Shown one piece after another: positions 9,311 to 19,514 of a stretch of DNA of 64,000 nt. The position numbers were made by a program, and so were the translations under genes. The DNA is from Eledone cirrhosa (lineage: Eukaryota): positions 39,618,001 to 39,682,000 of the forward strand of contig OZ024750.1 in assembly GCA_964016885.1 (NCBI GenBank). Direction: 5' to 3'. Position 1 is the first letter of the stretch. Each line of letters begins with the position of its first letter. The notes under the pieces are model-generated. The model searched no databases. It saw only the letters and a list, made by a program, of their open reading frames with translations, and was not told the DNA's origin.

Positions 9311-12300
9311 ATGACCTCACTCAGAATAGGCAGCATAAATGCGCGTGGCTTGGGGTCGTCATGGAAGCAGGGTCACCTGCTCAACGACCTCAGGTCACTA
9401 AACATAGATGTAGTGGCCATCAGCGAGACCAGAATCTCCGAAGCACGGGCCTTCGCACCGATCTTCGGCGGCTTCGATGTGTACGCATCTCCCAGCCGTC
9501 CTGGATCCGGTGGAGGAGTTGCTGTGCTTTTTCGGAGAGGTTTGGATCTCGCCATACGGGCCATCTTCCTGGACCCAGAGGGTAAGCTGGTGGTGCTGGA
9601 CGTGACCAGCGGAGACGGGCAAGCTTTCAGGCTAGTGGCCGTCTATGCCCCGACAGGAGCAGGGCGGCCTGATTTCTTCCGGCGTCTGGAGACCTTTCTT
9701 GGAACGTCCCGCTCTTTAGTGTTAGTGGGCGACTGGAACGGGATCTTAGATGCACGCTGGGACTGTGTGGGATTAGCGGATAGGGGTGGAGGGTGCAAGA
9801 GCCTCACCAACCTGCTCAGGCGTTTTGAACTGTCTGACAGGTACCGATTGGATTTCCCGAATGTGCCAATGTGGACTTGGACAAACCGCATAGGGTCATC
9901 CAGATCATATCTAGATAGAGTATTTTGTAGGGAAATAGATAGGTCTAGCATAGGCTGTCCACAATTCAAGATAGTCAGCTACACGGACCACAAATTCGTG
10001 ATCTGTGTGCTTGACTTAGATAGGCTTCATAGACGAGGACCCGGCTACTGGAAGCTAAACGCGTCCTTACCAGCGCGCAAGGCCTACAGAGACCGGATTA
10101 GCGAACTAGTTAAGCGGGCGTTGACGGGGGCCATCGTCAACAACAAGTGGTGGTTTGCTCTGAAAAGAGCGATTAGAATAGAATCGATTAGGTTTAGTAA
10201 GGCTTTAGCAATAGAGAAAAATAGAGCAGAGGGAGAACTAGTTAGAAAATTAGACGAGGCGCTTAGCAAAGGCATTGCGACCGACGTGCTTGCGGCGAAA
10301 TTGGCCCTTGACCAATTCTTCAATGCAAAGCACGAAGGCTGCGTTGTCAGAGCTAGGGTGCGTGCTCTCAGACACGAGGGGACGAAAGCCGTTCAATGGG
10401 CCCGAGTGGCGGAGGCGCGTCGTGGCAACAAAGCCACGATCCGGTCTTTGGTGGACCACGACGGGCGCATGCTACTCGATCCCGGGCAAATGTGTGAAGC
10501 TTTTCAGCGACACTTCACTCAGCTGTTCGGGGGCAGCGGGGGGCCGGGTAGAGGGATGGACTTTAGTGTCTACCTCGACGGACTGCCGCGGCTCTCGGCC
10601 ACTGAGGCGAAGTGTTGCGAAAAGCCGATAACAGCCGCTGAAGTACGGGAGGCAATGACTGGCTGCACAAGGGGTAAATCGCCTGGTTTGGATGGTCTGC
10701 CCTATGAACTTTACGTACAGATGCCAGACTTGTTCGGAGGCCTCTTGGCGGACGTCTACTGCAACTGGCAACAGAACGGGAGAATTCCCAGTTCTGTGAG
10801 CCGAGGAGCGGTGGCACTGCTGAGAAAGGATCCGAACAAGGGGGATAACATAGACAATTTCCGGCCCATAACTCTGCTAAACACAGAGTTTAAGATTTTG
10901 GCCAAGGTGCTAGCAAAGAGGTTGGCGCTTGTCGTTGGTGGTCTGGTGGGCGAGGCGCAGACATGCGCCATTCCCGACAGATCCATCCACGACAACCTCC
11001 ACCTCATGCGATACATCGTAGAGAGGGTAGCTAGGGAACCTGGCACGGGTGGGTCCTTGATCAATTTAGATCAGTCGAAAGCTTTCGATAGGGTCGACCA
11101 TCGTTACCTAGCGGCAGTCCTGAGGGCGGCTGGCTTTGGGCCCGTCTTCAGAGGCTGGATCGCTGCCATGCACAGCGACATCTGCTCTGTGGTGAGAGTG
11201 AACGGTCACCTGTCGGAACCGTTCAACATCATGCGCTCGGTCCGCCAAGGATGTCCCCTCTCGTCCCTCTTGTACGTATTGACTCTCGAGCCATTACTGC
11301 ACAAACTGGAGACGTTGAGGGGAGTCCCGCGCGAACTAGGATGCGGAAGATCCGTGTCAGCATATGCGGACGATGTCACCGTAGTGGTGTCGAACGCCAA
11401 ACACATCGAGGCGATCGGCACTACACTAAGAGAATACGAAGCGGTGACAGGAGCAATGATCAACCAGGAAAAGTCAGTGGGCCTGCAGCTCGGCACCTGG
11501 AGAGGCAGGTCCATGCCGTCCAACAGCGTCGTCGGGCGCTGGACGGACGGACCGGTTAAATTGCTAGGGGTCTGGTTCGGTCCGGACCTCCAGACGGACA
11601 AAAACTGGGACGAGGTGACGAGCAGGGTGGCTTCTCTCACCCAGAAATGGGCGGAGAGGAAGCTATCCCTGAAAGGTCGAGCGGAGGTGGCTAACGCGTA
11701 CATCGCGTCTGTCATCTGCTACCGCCTAACCGTCGTACCTTGTCCTAAGCCTCGCCTGACTGCGCTGGAGCGTTTGCTCTTTCGCTTTTTGTGGATGGGA
11801 CGTGCTCCGATGGTCAGGCGGTCCATCTGTTGTCAACACCCGCTACGTGGAGGGCTGGGCATGCCGTGGCTGATGATGCGCAGGCACGCGCTCAGGCTAC
11901 GACATCTCCACCTCTTCCTCGACGGTGATCAGGTGTGGTCGCCGTTTGCTAGACGCGTTTTTCCCCAGCTCGTTTCCTTGACGGAGCTGCAGTCCTGGGT
12001 CAAGCGAAGACCGAGAGGGAGCGCCTGGAGACTGGAATGTCTTCAGGCGCTCACAGCCCTCGACCAATCGGGCAATGTGATCGGTGGAAACTCCACCTCA
12101 GCGTTCTATAGAGGATTAGTGGAGGGGAAGAGCGACGACGTACTTGGGGAAACTCTAGGCGTCGACGAAAATCAACTAGCCAATCTCTTCGGAAGAACTT
12201 TCGGGCCAGGGCCTATGGACAACTTCCAGAAATCTCTGGCCTGGCAGTGCTACCGAGGAGCCTTGCCAGTTCGGGATAAACTCTACAGGCATGGAGGTGC

Positions 12301-12730
12301 CGTCAGCCGGGCATGTCCGAGATGCGCGCAGGGCGACGAAACCGTCCTGCACGCACTCGTCCAGTGTCCGAAAATTGCTGACTTGTGGGTTTATGTCGAA
12401 CACCTGCTGTCGCGTTTAGGACGGATCCAGCTATCATCTGAGTCTATCGTGAGGATTGCCCCGCCCTCCTCCTTTAGCCGGGAAGGGCAGGCAGTTTTTA
12501 TCTGTCTGGTGGCCATGGCGAAAGAGATAGTATGGTGGACACGTTTGAAAGGGCTGAAGACGAGCACTTACCTCTTCGGTGATGCTCTGATTGACTTTTT
12601 CAAATTTCATTTGAAAAGGAAAATCAGAGTAGAGAAGGAAGTGCTCTCTTCCCAGCATTTTGTTGAAAGATGGGTGAGAGAAGCAAGAATGGCCCGAGTG
12701 AATGGGCCGACTCTGAGTATATATCTGTAA
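9311..12730 (+). CDS. ORF2p of copy 2 (APE-RT-ZnF), intact
   Basis: 1139-aa ORF with all motifs. Confidence 0.96.
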   Translation: MTSLRIGSINARGLGSSWKQGHLLNDLRSLNIDVVAISETRISEARAFAPIFGGFDVYASPSRPGSGGGVAVLFRRGLDLAIRAIFLDPEGKLVVLDVTSGDGQAFRLVAVYAPTGAGRPDFFRRLETFLGTSRSLVLVGDWNGILDARWDCVGLADRGGGCKSLTNLLRRFELSDRYRLDFPNVPMWTWTNRIGSSRSYLDRVFCREIDRSSIGCPQFKIVSYTDHKFVICVLDLDRLHRRGPGYWKLNASLPARKAYRDRISELVKRALTGAIVNNKWWFALKRAIRIESIRFSKALAIEKNRAEGELVRKLDEALSKGIATDVLAAKLALDQFFNAKHEGCVVRARVRALRHEGTKAVQWARVAEARRGNKATIRSLVDHDGRMLLDPGQMCEAFQRHFTQLFGGSGGPGRGMDFSVYLDGLPRLSATEAKCCEKPITAAEVREAMTGCTRGKSPGLDGLPYELYVQMPDLFGGLLADVYCNWQQNGRIPSSVSRGAVALLRKDPNKGDNIDNFRPITLLNTEFKILAKVLAKRLALVVGGLVGEAQTCAIPDRSIHDNLHLMRYIVERVAREPGTGGSLINLDQSKAFDRVDHRYLAAVLRAAGFGPVFRGWIAAMHSDICSVVRVNGHLSEPFNIMRSVRQGCPLSSLLYVLTLEPLLHKLETLRGVPRELGCGRSVSAYADDVTVVVSNAKHIEAIGTTLREYEAVTGAMINQEKSVGLQLGTWRGRSMPSNSVVGRWTDGPVKLLGVWFGPDLQTDKNWDEVTSRVASLTQKWAERKLSLKGRAEVANAYIASVICYRLTVVPCPKPRLTALERLLFRFLWMGRAPMVRRSICCQHPLRGGLGMPWLMMRRHALRLRHLHLFLDGDQVWSPFARRVFPQLVSLTELQSWVKRRPRGSAWRLECLQALTALDQSGNVIGGNSTSAFYRGLVEGKSDDVLGETLGVDENQLANLFGRTFGPGPMDNFQKSLAWQCYRGALPVRDKLYRHGGAVSRACPRCAQGDETVLHALVQCPKIADLWVYVEHLLSRLGRIQLSSESIVRIAPPSSFSREGQAVFICLVAMAKEIVWWTRLKGLKTSTYLFGDALIDFFKFHLKRKIRVEKEVLSSQHFVERWVREARMARVNGPTLSIYL

Positions 12731-12993
12731 ACTAAAGGTGGAAAACTGGGAGAGGGCACTTGCCTTGGTGGTCAGGGTCATTGTGGCTTTTTACTGGGCT
12801 TTCTCCACAAATGTCCCTCCGAAGTCTCCCCCCTATTGGGGAATTTTTCATTGTTATTTTCATTGTTATTTTTGTTACATCCTCTGTTTTTGTTTTTTTT
12901 ACACGCAGAAATGCCCATTTGTACCGTCCTGCATTGTCCTGCACTGTCCTTAATGTCTACTTTATGTAAACCCTTGTGGTTAATAAAGAAATC

Positions 12994-13030
12994 ATTATTA
13001 TTATTATTATTATTATTATTGTTATTATTA
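12994..13030 (+). repeat. (ATT)n linker with GTT variant
   Basis: Same ..ATTGTTATTATTA junction as at 721-733. Confidence 0.95.
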
Positions 13031-13203
13031 AAGGGCGGTGGATTGGCAGAATCGGTAGAGGGTCGGACGCCATGCTTTCCAGCATAACTACGTCCCTTTA
13101 CGGTCTGAGTTCAAATCACGTCGAAGTTAACTTACGGGGTCGATAAAATAAAGTACCAGTAATGCACTGAGTAATTGCTGGCCTTGTGACAAAGGTAGAA
13201 ACA
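13031..13203 (+). mobile_element. tRNA-derived SINE, identical to 734-906
   Basis: Base-for-base match by eye. Confidence 0.8.

Positions 13204-13251
<48 letters not shown>
13204..13251 (+). repeat. (ATT)16 linker
   Basis: Direct reading. Confidence 0.95.
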
Positions 13252-13466
13252 GAATGCCATGGTTGACGGAGGCTCGGCTCTGTAAGGTATAGTAATTTTT
13301 AACCGTTAAAACAATTGTAAATTGTTTAAAACTTGAACCAAATTGTTGATAAAGACACCCTCCTCCTCGTGAGAGGGGTCTTTCTGTCCGTTATTTGGCC
13401 CTTCGGGGTTAAATAACCAGTTATTGGGGTTTTGTACCCAAAATTTCATTTTAAACAAAAAACAAC

Positions 13467-15545
13467 ATGGCTACGAAAAAGAAATTTCATACGTCACTCC
13501 CACTCATTCCGTCTTCTTCTTCCTCAATCATCACTACAGCAGAGAGAAGATTGTCTCTCTCCCTCCCTTCTTTAAATGTGTCTCTCTCCCTCCCTTCTCT
13601 TTCGCAAGTGACGAAAGAAAAGAAAAGTCTCGTGCAAAGCGTGCAAGGTTTCTCCACGACGACGACGACAGCGACGAAACAGGTGTGCGGGAAATACGAA
13701 AACCCAGTTCATTCGTCTGACGTCAGGAATAATAGCAGTAGCAGCCGTAATAACAACAGCAACAGTGACAATGAAAACAACAGTAGCAGCCGCAACAGCA
13801 TCACCAGCAGCATAAACAACAACAGCATTAGCAGCAGCAACACCAACAACAACCACAGCAACAGCGGCGGAGGCAGTAGTCGTAGTACCTGCAGCAACAA
13901 CAAAAGTACCAGCAGCTCTGACGACAACAACAACAGCAGAGAAAAACCAATCTCATTTGCAGGTATTGCGAAAAACTTGGAAACAATCCTCATAACAAAT
14001 GAGGAATTAGAGGAAGCGAAGAAGATGGTGACAAAGAACGGACACCGAGCAATCTGCAAGGCAGCGAAAAATTTTTTCGAAACCCAAGAGCACTGTACGG
14101 TCACGTACCGTACAGTAAGTACAAAATCCCGTAGGGTGGAAAGAGCCACAGAGGCCCAAATACAAAAAGCCTTAGGGTCTGTGTGGCAGCGGAAAACGCA
14201 CATCACCCGAGGCAAAAAATATGCCACCGTAGACGTACTTTTTGCCACACCCCAGGAGGCAAAGGCCCAATCAGTAGTGACCCTAAGGAGCGAGGAAATG
14301 GTGTTGGTGCCCTCCTACTGTGGGCAAAAAATTGTGAGGGTCAAACTGACCCACGTCCCCCCCGGAATGACCCCTTCTTGGCTGGCCGCGTCTGTCCTCG
14401 TCGGAATCGAGGACAAAACAACTGTACTGCAAGTACAGAAAAAAGTAAGAGAAGATTGGGTCGGCTCCTCCATTGAGATGCTAATCCAAACCAACCAGGA
14501 GTGCATCGAAGCTATCCCGGATGTGATAGACTTCGATAACGGCACTCAACTGCCCATAAGTGTTGAGGGCAAACGCCCGAAATGCTTTCGCTGTGGATCG
14601 AAGACCCACCTCAGGGCCTTCTGAAACGAGAAGACCCTGAGAAAGGAGAAAACCCCCCTCCTTCCGAATCCGGCTCCACGGCTACCAGCAACAGGACAAG
14701 CGGCAACCAGGAACGATAGGCCCGTGGCACCCATACCCACTCCACGGAAATCAAAAACAGCAGCAGCAGTGGAAATACTAACAACAACAACAGCAATACC
14801 AAATGCAGCTGCAACAGAGACTCCAGTGCAAACATCACCAACAACAAGTGAAAGAGTGGAGCTGGTACCCCTCCCCGACCTCACAGAATCAGACATGGAG
14901 TGTGAGGTGGGAGAGGGATGGCAAAAGGTCGTAAGAAGGCACAAACGCAGAAGCAGCGCATCGTCGCCTTTGAAAAGGGAGGAAAGAAATGAGAAAAGGG
15001 TAAAGTCTACTGCAAAGAGACCCACAGCAGCAACAACACCAACACCATCACCACCCACACTAGCACCACCATCACCACCGCCAACAACACCTTTAACACC
15101 ACCACCACAAGCACCAACATCGCAAACACAACAACAAAACACACACACCCAGCAACAACGACAAGAAAATAGCAGAACCACACCCCACCCCCAGAAAAAC
15201 AAATGCACGGCAATAAATACACACAACAAGAAACTAATGACTTACATAATTGAACACACAGACATTTCACAACAGGACTACATAATACCAGCACCAATCA
15301 AAACGCCAACTAACATAAGACTGCTAAAAATAGCACAGAAACAATACACAAATATTAAAACGAAATTCCCCAACGCAGTTGGTGATTTCAGGGACCTAGG
15401 AGGAACCATCAATCGAAGAGTATACTCAGACATTCTCTTAGAAGAGCCGACGACCAGCCGAAGGGACGATTCAACGGTCCCTTCACCAGACGATCAAGTG
15501 AAAAGGGATGTAAAAACCATCCCTCCTCTACCAAAAGTACGGTAA
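13467..15545 (+). pseudogene. ORF1 of copy 3 with the same TGA (14622-14624) as copy 2
   Basis: Direct reading. Confidence 0.9.
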
Positions 15546-15580
15546 GTGGTCTTTCCCATCTTTTCCACTCTATTTTAAAC

Positions 15581-18500
15581 ATGACCTCACTCAGAATAGG
15601 CAGCATAAATGCGCGTGGCTTGGGGTCGTCATGGAAGCAGGGTCACCTGCTCAACGACCTCAGGTCACTAAACATAGATGTAGTGGCCATCAGCGAGACC
15701 AGAATCTCCGAAGCACGGGCCTTCGCACCGATCTTCGGCGGCTTCGATGTGTACGCATCTCCCAGCCGTCCTGGATCCGGTGGAGGAGTTGCTGTGCTTT
15801 TTCGGAGAGGTTTGGATCTCGCCATACGGGCCATCTTCCTGGACCCAGAGGGTAAGCTGGTGGTGCTGGACGTGACCAGCGGAGACGGGCAAGCTTTCAG
15901 GCTAGTGGCCGTCTATGCCCCGACAGGAGCAGGGCGGCCTGATTTCTTCCGGCGTCTGGAGACCTTTCTTGGAACGTCCCGCTCTTTAGTGTTAGTGGGC
16001 GACTGGAACGGGATCTTAGATGCACGCTGGGACTGTGTGGGATTAGCGGATAGGGGTGGAGGGTGCAAGAGCCTCACCAACCTGCTCAGGCGTTTTGAAC
16101 TGTCTGACAGGTACCGATTGGATTTCCCGAATGTGCCAATGTGGACTTGGACAAACCGCATAGGGTCATCCAGATCATATCTAGATAGAGTATTTTGTAG
16201 GGAAATAGATAGGTCTAGCATAGGCTGTCCACAATTCAAGATAGTCAGCTACACGGACCACAAATTCGTGATCTGTGTGCTTGACTTAGATAGGCTTCAT
16301 AGACGAGGACCCGGCTACTGGAAGCTAAACGCGTCCTTACCAGCGCGCAAGGCCTACAGAGACCGGATTAGCGAACTAGTTAAGCGGGCGTTGACGGGGG
16401 CCATCGTCAACAACAAGTGGTGGTTTGCTCTGAAAAGAGCGATTAGAATAGAATCGATTAGGTTTAGTAAGGCTTTAGCAATAGAGAAAAATAGAGCAGA
16501 GGGAGAACTAGTTAGAAAATTAGACGAGGCGCTTAGCAAAGGCATTGCGACCGACGTGCTTGCGGCGAAATTGGCCCTTGACCAATTCTTCAATGCAAAG
16601 CACGAAGGCTGCGTTGTCAGAGCAAGGGTGCGTGCTCTCAGACACGAGGGGACGAAAGCCGTGCAATGGGCCCGAGTGGCGGAGGCGCGTCGTGGCAACA
16701 AAGCCACGATCCGGTCTTTGGTGGACCACGACGGGCGCATGCTACTCGATCCCGGGCAAATGTGTGAAGCTTTTCAGCGACACTTCGCTCAGCTGTTCGG
16801 GGGCAGCGGTGGGCCGGGTAGAGGGATGGACTTTAGTGTCTACCTCGACGGACTGCCGCGGCTCTCGGCCACTGAGGCGAGGTGTTGCGAAAAGCCGATA
16901 ACAGCCGCTGAAGTAAGGGAGGCAATGACTGGCTGCACAAGGGGTAAATCGCCTGGTTTGGATGGTCTGCCCTATGAACTTTACGTACAGATGCCAGACT
17001 TGTTCGGAGGCCTCTTGGCGGACGTCTACTGCAACTGGCAACAGAACGGGAGAATTCCCAGTTCTGTGAGCCGAGGAGCGGTGGCACTGCTGAGAAAGGA
17101 TCCGAACAAGGGGGATAACATAGAAAATTTCCGGCCCATAACTCTGCTAAACACAGAGTTTAAGATTTTGGCCAAGGTGCTAGCAAAGAGGTTGGCGCTT
17201 GTCGTTGGTGGTCTGGTGGGAGAGGCGCAGACATGCGCCATTCCCGACAGATCCATCCACGACAACCTCCACCTCATGCGATACATCGTAGAGAGGGTAG
17301 CTAGGGAACCTGGCACGGGTGGGTCCTTGATCAATTTAGATCAGTCGAAAGCTTTCGATAGGGTCGACCATCGTTACCTAGCGGCAGTCCTGAGGGCGGC
17401 TGGCTTTGGGCCCGTCTTCAGAGGCTGGATCGCTGCCATGCACAGCGACATCTGCTCTGTGGTGAGAGTGAACGGTCACCTGTCGGAACCGTTCAACATC
17501 ATGCGCTCGGTCCGCCAAGGATGTCCCCTCTCGTCCCTCTTGTACGTATTGACGCTCGAGCCATTACTGCACAAACTGGAGACGTTGAGGGGAGTCCCGC
17601 GCGAACTAGGATGCGGAAGATCCGTGTCAGCATATGCGGACGATGTCACCGTAGTGGTGTCGAACGCCAAACACATCGAGGCGATCGGCACTACACTAAG
17701 AGAATACGAAGCGGTGACAGGAGCAATGATCAACCAGGAAAAGTCAGTGGGCCTGCAGCTCGGCACCTGGAGAGGCAGGTCCATGCCGTCCAACAGCGTC
17801 GTCGGGCGCTGGACGGACGGACCGGTTAAATTGCTAGGGGTCTGGTTCGGTCCGGACCTCCAGACGGACAAAAACTGGGACGAGGTGACGAGCAGGGTGG
17901 CTTCTCTCACCCAGAAATGGGCGGAGAGGAAGCTATCCCTGAAAGGTCGAGCGGAGGTGGCTAACGCGTACATCGCGTCTGTCATCTGCTACCGCCTAAC
18001 CGTCGTACCTTGTCCTAAGCCTCGCCTGACTGCGCTGGAGCGTTTGCTCTTTCGCTTTTTGTGGAAGGGACGTGCTCCGATGGTCAGGCGGTCCATCTGT
18101 TGTCAACACCCGCTACGTGGAGGGCTGGGCATGCCGTGGCTGATGATGCGCAGGCACGCGCTCAGGCTACGACATCTCCACCTCTTCCTCGACGGTGATC
18201 AGGTGTGGTCGCCGTTTGCTAGACGCGTTTTTCCCCAGCTCGTTTCCTTGACGGAGCTGCAGTCCTGGGTCAAGCGAAGACCGAGAGGGAGCGCCTGGAG
18301 ACTGGAATGTCTTCAGGCGCTCACAGCCCTCGACCAATCGGGCAATGTGATCGGTGGAAACTCCACCTCGGCGTTCTATAGAGGATTAGTGGAGGGGAAG
18401 AGCGACGACGTACTTGGGGAAACTCTAGGCGTCGACGAAAATCAACTAGCCAATCTCTTCGGAAGAACTTTCGGGCCGGGGCCTATGGACAACTTCCAGA

Positions 18501-19000
18501 AATCTCTGGCCTGGCAGTGCTACCGAGGAGCCTTGCCAGTTCGGGATAAACTCTACAGGCATGGAGGTGCCGTCAGCCGGGCATGTCCGAGATGCGCGCA
18601 GGGCGACGAAACCGTCCTGCACGCACTCGTCCAGTGTCCGAAAATTGCTGACTTGTGGGTTTATGTCGAACACCTGCTGTCGCGTTTAGGACGGATCCAG
18701 CTATCATCTGAGTCTATCGTGAGGATTGCCCCGCCCTCCTCCTTTAGCCGGGAAGGGCAGGCAGTTTTTATCTGTCTGGTGGCCATGGCGAAAGAGATAG
18801 TATGGTGGACACGTTTGAAAGGGCTGAAGACGAGCACTTACCTCTTCGGTGATGCTCTGATTGACTTTTTCAAATTTCATTTGAAAAGGAAAATCAGAGT
18901 AGAGAAGGAAGTGCTCTCTTCCCAGCATTTTGTTGAAAGATGGGTGAGAGAAGCAAGAATGGCCCGAGTGAATGGGCCGACTCTGAGTATATATCTGTAA
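15581..19000 (+). CDS. ORF2p of copy 3, intact
   Basis: 1139-aa ORF with all motifs. Confidence 0.96.
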   Translation: MTSLRIGSINARGLGSSWKQGHLLNDLRSLNIDVVAISETRISEARAFAPIFGGFDVYASPSRPGSGGGVAVLFRRGLDLAIRAIFLDPEGKLVVLDVTSGDGQAFRLVAVYAPTGAGRPDFFRRLETFLGTSRSLVLVGDWNGILDARWDCVGLADRGGGCKSLTNLLRRFELSDRYRLDFPNVPMWTWTNRIGSSRSYLDRVFCREIDRSSIGCPQFKIVSYTDHKFVICVLDLDRLHRRGPGYWKLNASLPARKAYRDRISELVKRALTGAIVNNKWWFALKRAIRIESIRFSKALAIEKNRAEGELVRKLDEALSKGIATDVLAAKLALDQFFNAKHEGCVVRARVRALRHEGTKAVQWARVAEARRGNKATIRSLVDHDGRMLLDPGQMCEAFQRHFAQLFGGSGGPGRGMDFSVYLDGLPRLSATEARCCEKPITAAEVREAMTGCTRGKSPGLDGLPYELYVQMPDLFGGLLADVYCNWQQNGRIPSSVSRGAVALLRKDPNKGDNIENFRPITLLNTEFKILAKVLAKRLALVVGGLVGEAQTCAIPDRSIHDNLHLMRYIVERVAREPGTGGSLINLDQSKAFDRVDHRYLAAVLRAAGFGPVFRGWIAAMHSDICSVVRVNGHLSEPFNIMRSVRQGCPLSSLLYVLTLEPLLHKLETLRGVPRELGCGRSVSAYADDVTVVVSNAKHIEAIGTTLREYEAVTGAMINQEKSVGLQLGTWRGRSMPSNSVVGRWTDGPVKLLGVWFGPDLQTDKNWDEVTSRVASLTQKWAERKLSLKGRAEVANAYIASVICYRLTVVPCPKPRLTALERLLFRFLWKGRAPMVRRSICCQHPLRGGLGMPWLMMRRHALRLRHLHLFLDGDQVWSPFARRVFPQLVSLTELQSWVKRRPRGSAWRLECLQALTALDQSGNVIGGNSTSAFYRGLVEGKSDDVLGETLGVDENQLANLFGRTFGPGPMDNFQKSLAWQCYRGALPVRDKLYRHGGAVSRACPRCAQGDETVLHALVQCPKIADLWVYVEHLLSRLGRIQLSSESIVRIAPPSSFSREGQAVFICLVAMAKEIVWWTRLKGLKTSTYLFGDALIDFFKFHLKRKIRVEKEVLSSQHFVERWVREARMARVNGPTLSIYL

Positions 19001-19261
19001 ACTAAAGGTGGAAAACTGGGAGAGGGCACTTGCCTTGGTGGTCAGGGTCATTGTGGCTTTTTACTGGGCTTTCTCCACAAATGTCCCTCCGAAGTCTCCC
19101 CCCTATTGGGGAATTTTTCATTGTTATTTTCATTGTTATTTTTGTTACATCCTCTGTTTTTGTTTTTTTTACACGCAGAAATGCCCATTTGTACCGTCCT
19201 GCATTGTCCTGCACTGTCCTTAATGTCTACTTTATGTAAACCCTTGTGGTTAATAAAGAAA

Positions 19262-19263
<2 letters not shown>

Positions 19264-19299
<36 letters not shown>
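19264..19299 (+). repeat. (ATT)12 linker
   Basis: Direct reading. Confidence 0.95.
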
Positions 19300-19514
19300 G
19301 AATGCCATGGTTGACGGAGGCTCGGCTCTGTAAGGTATAGTAATTTTTAACCGTTAAAACAATTGTAAATTGTTTAAAACTTGAACCAAATTGTTGATAA
19401 AGACACCCTCCTCCTCGTGAGAGGGGTCTTTCTGTCCGTTATTTGGCCCTTCGGGGTTAAATAACCAGTTATTGGGGTTTTGTACCCAAAATTTCATTTT
19501 AAACAAAAAACAAC

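Larger units (their letters stand above)
6982..12993 (+). mobile_element. Full-length Tx1 LINE copy 2 (ORF1 nonsense, ORF2 intact)
   Basis: Same termini and near-identical sequence to copy 1. Confidence 0.95.
13252..19263 (+). mobile_element. Full-length Tx1 LINE copy 3 (ORF1 nonsense, ORF2 intact)
   Basis: Same termini and structure. Confidence 0.95.
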
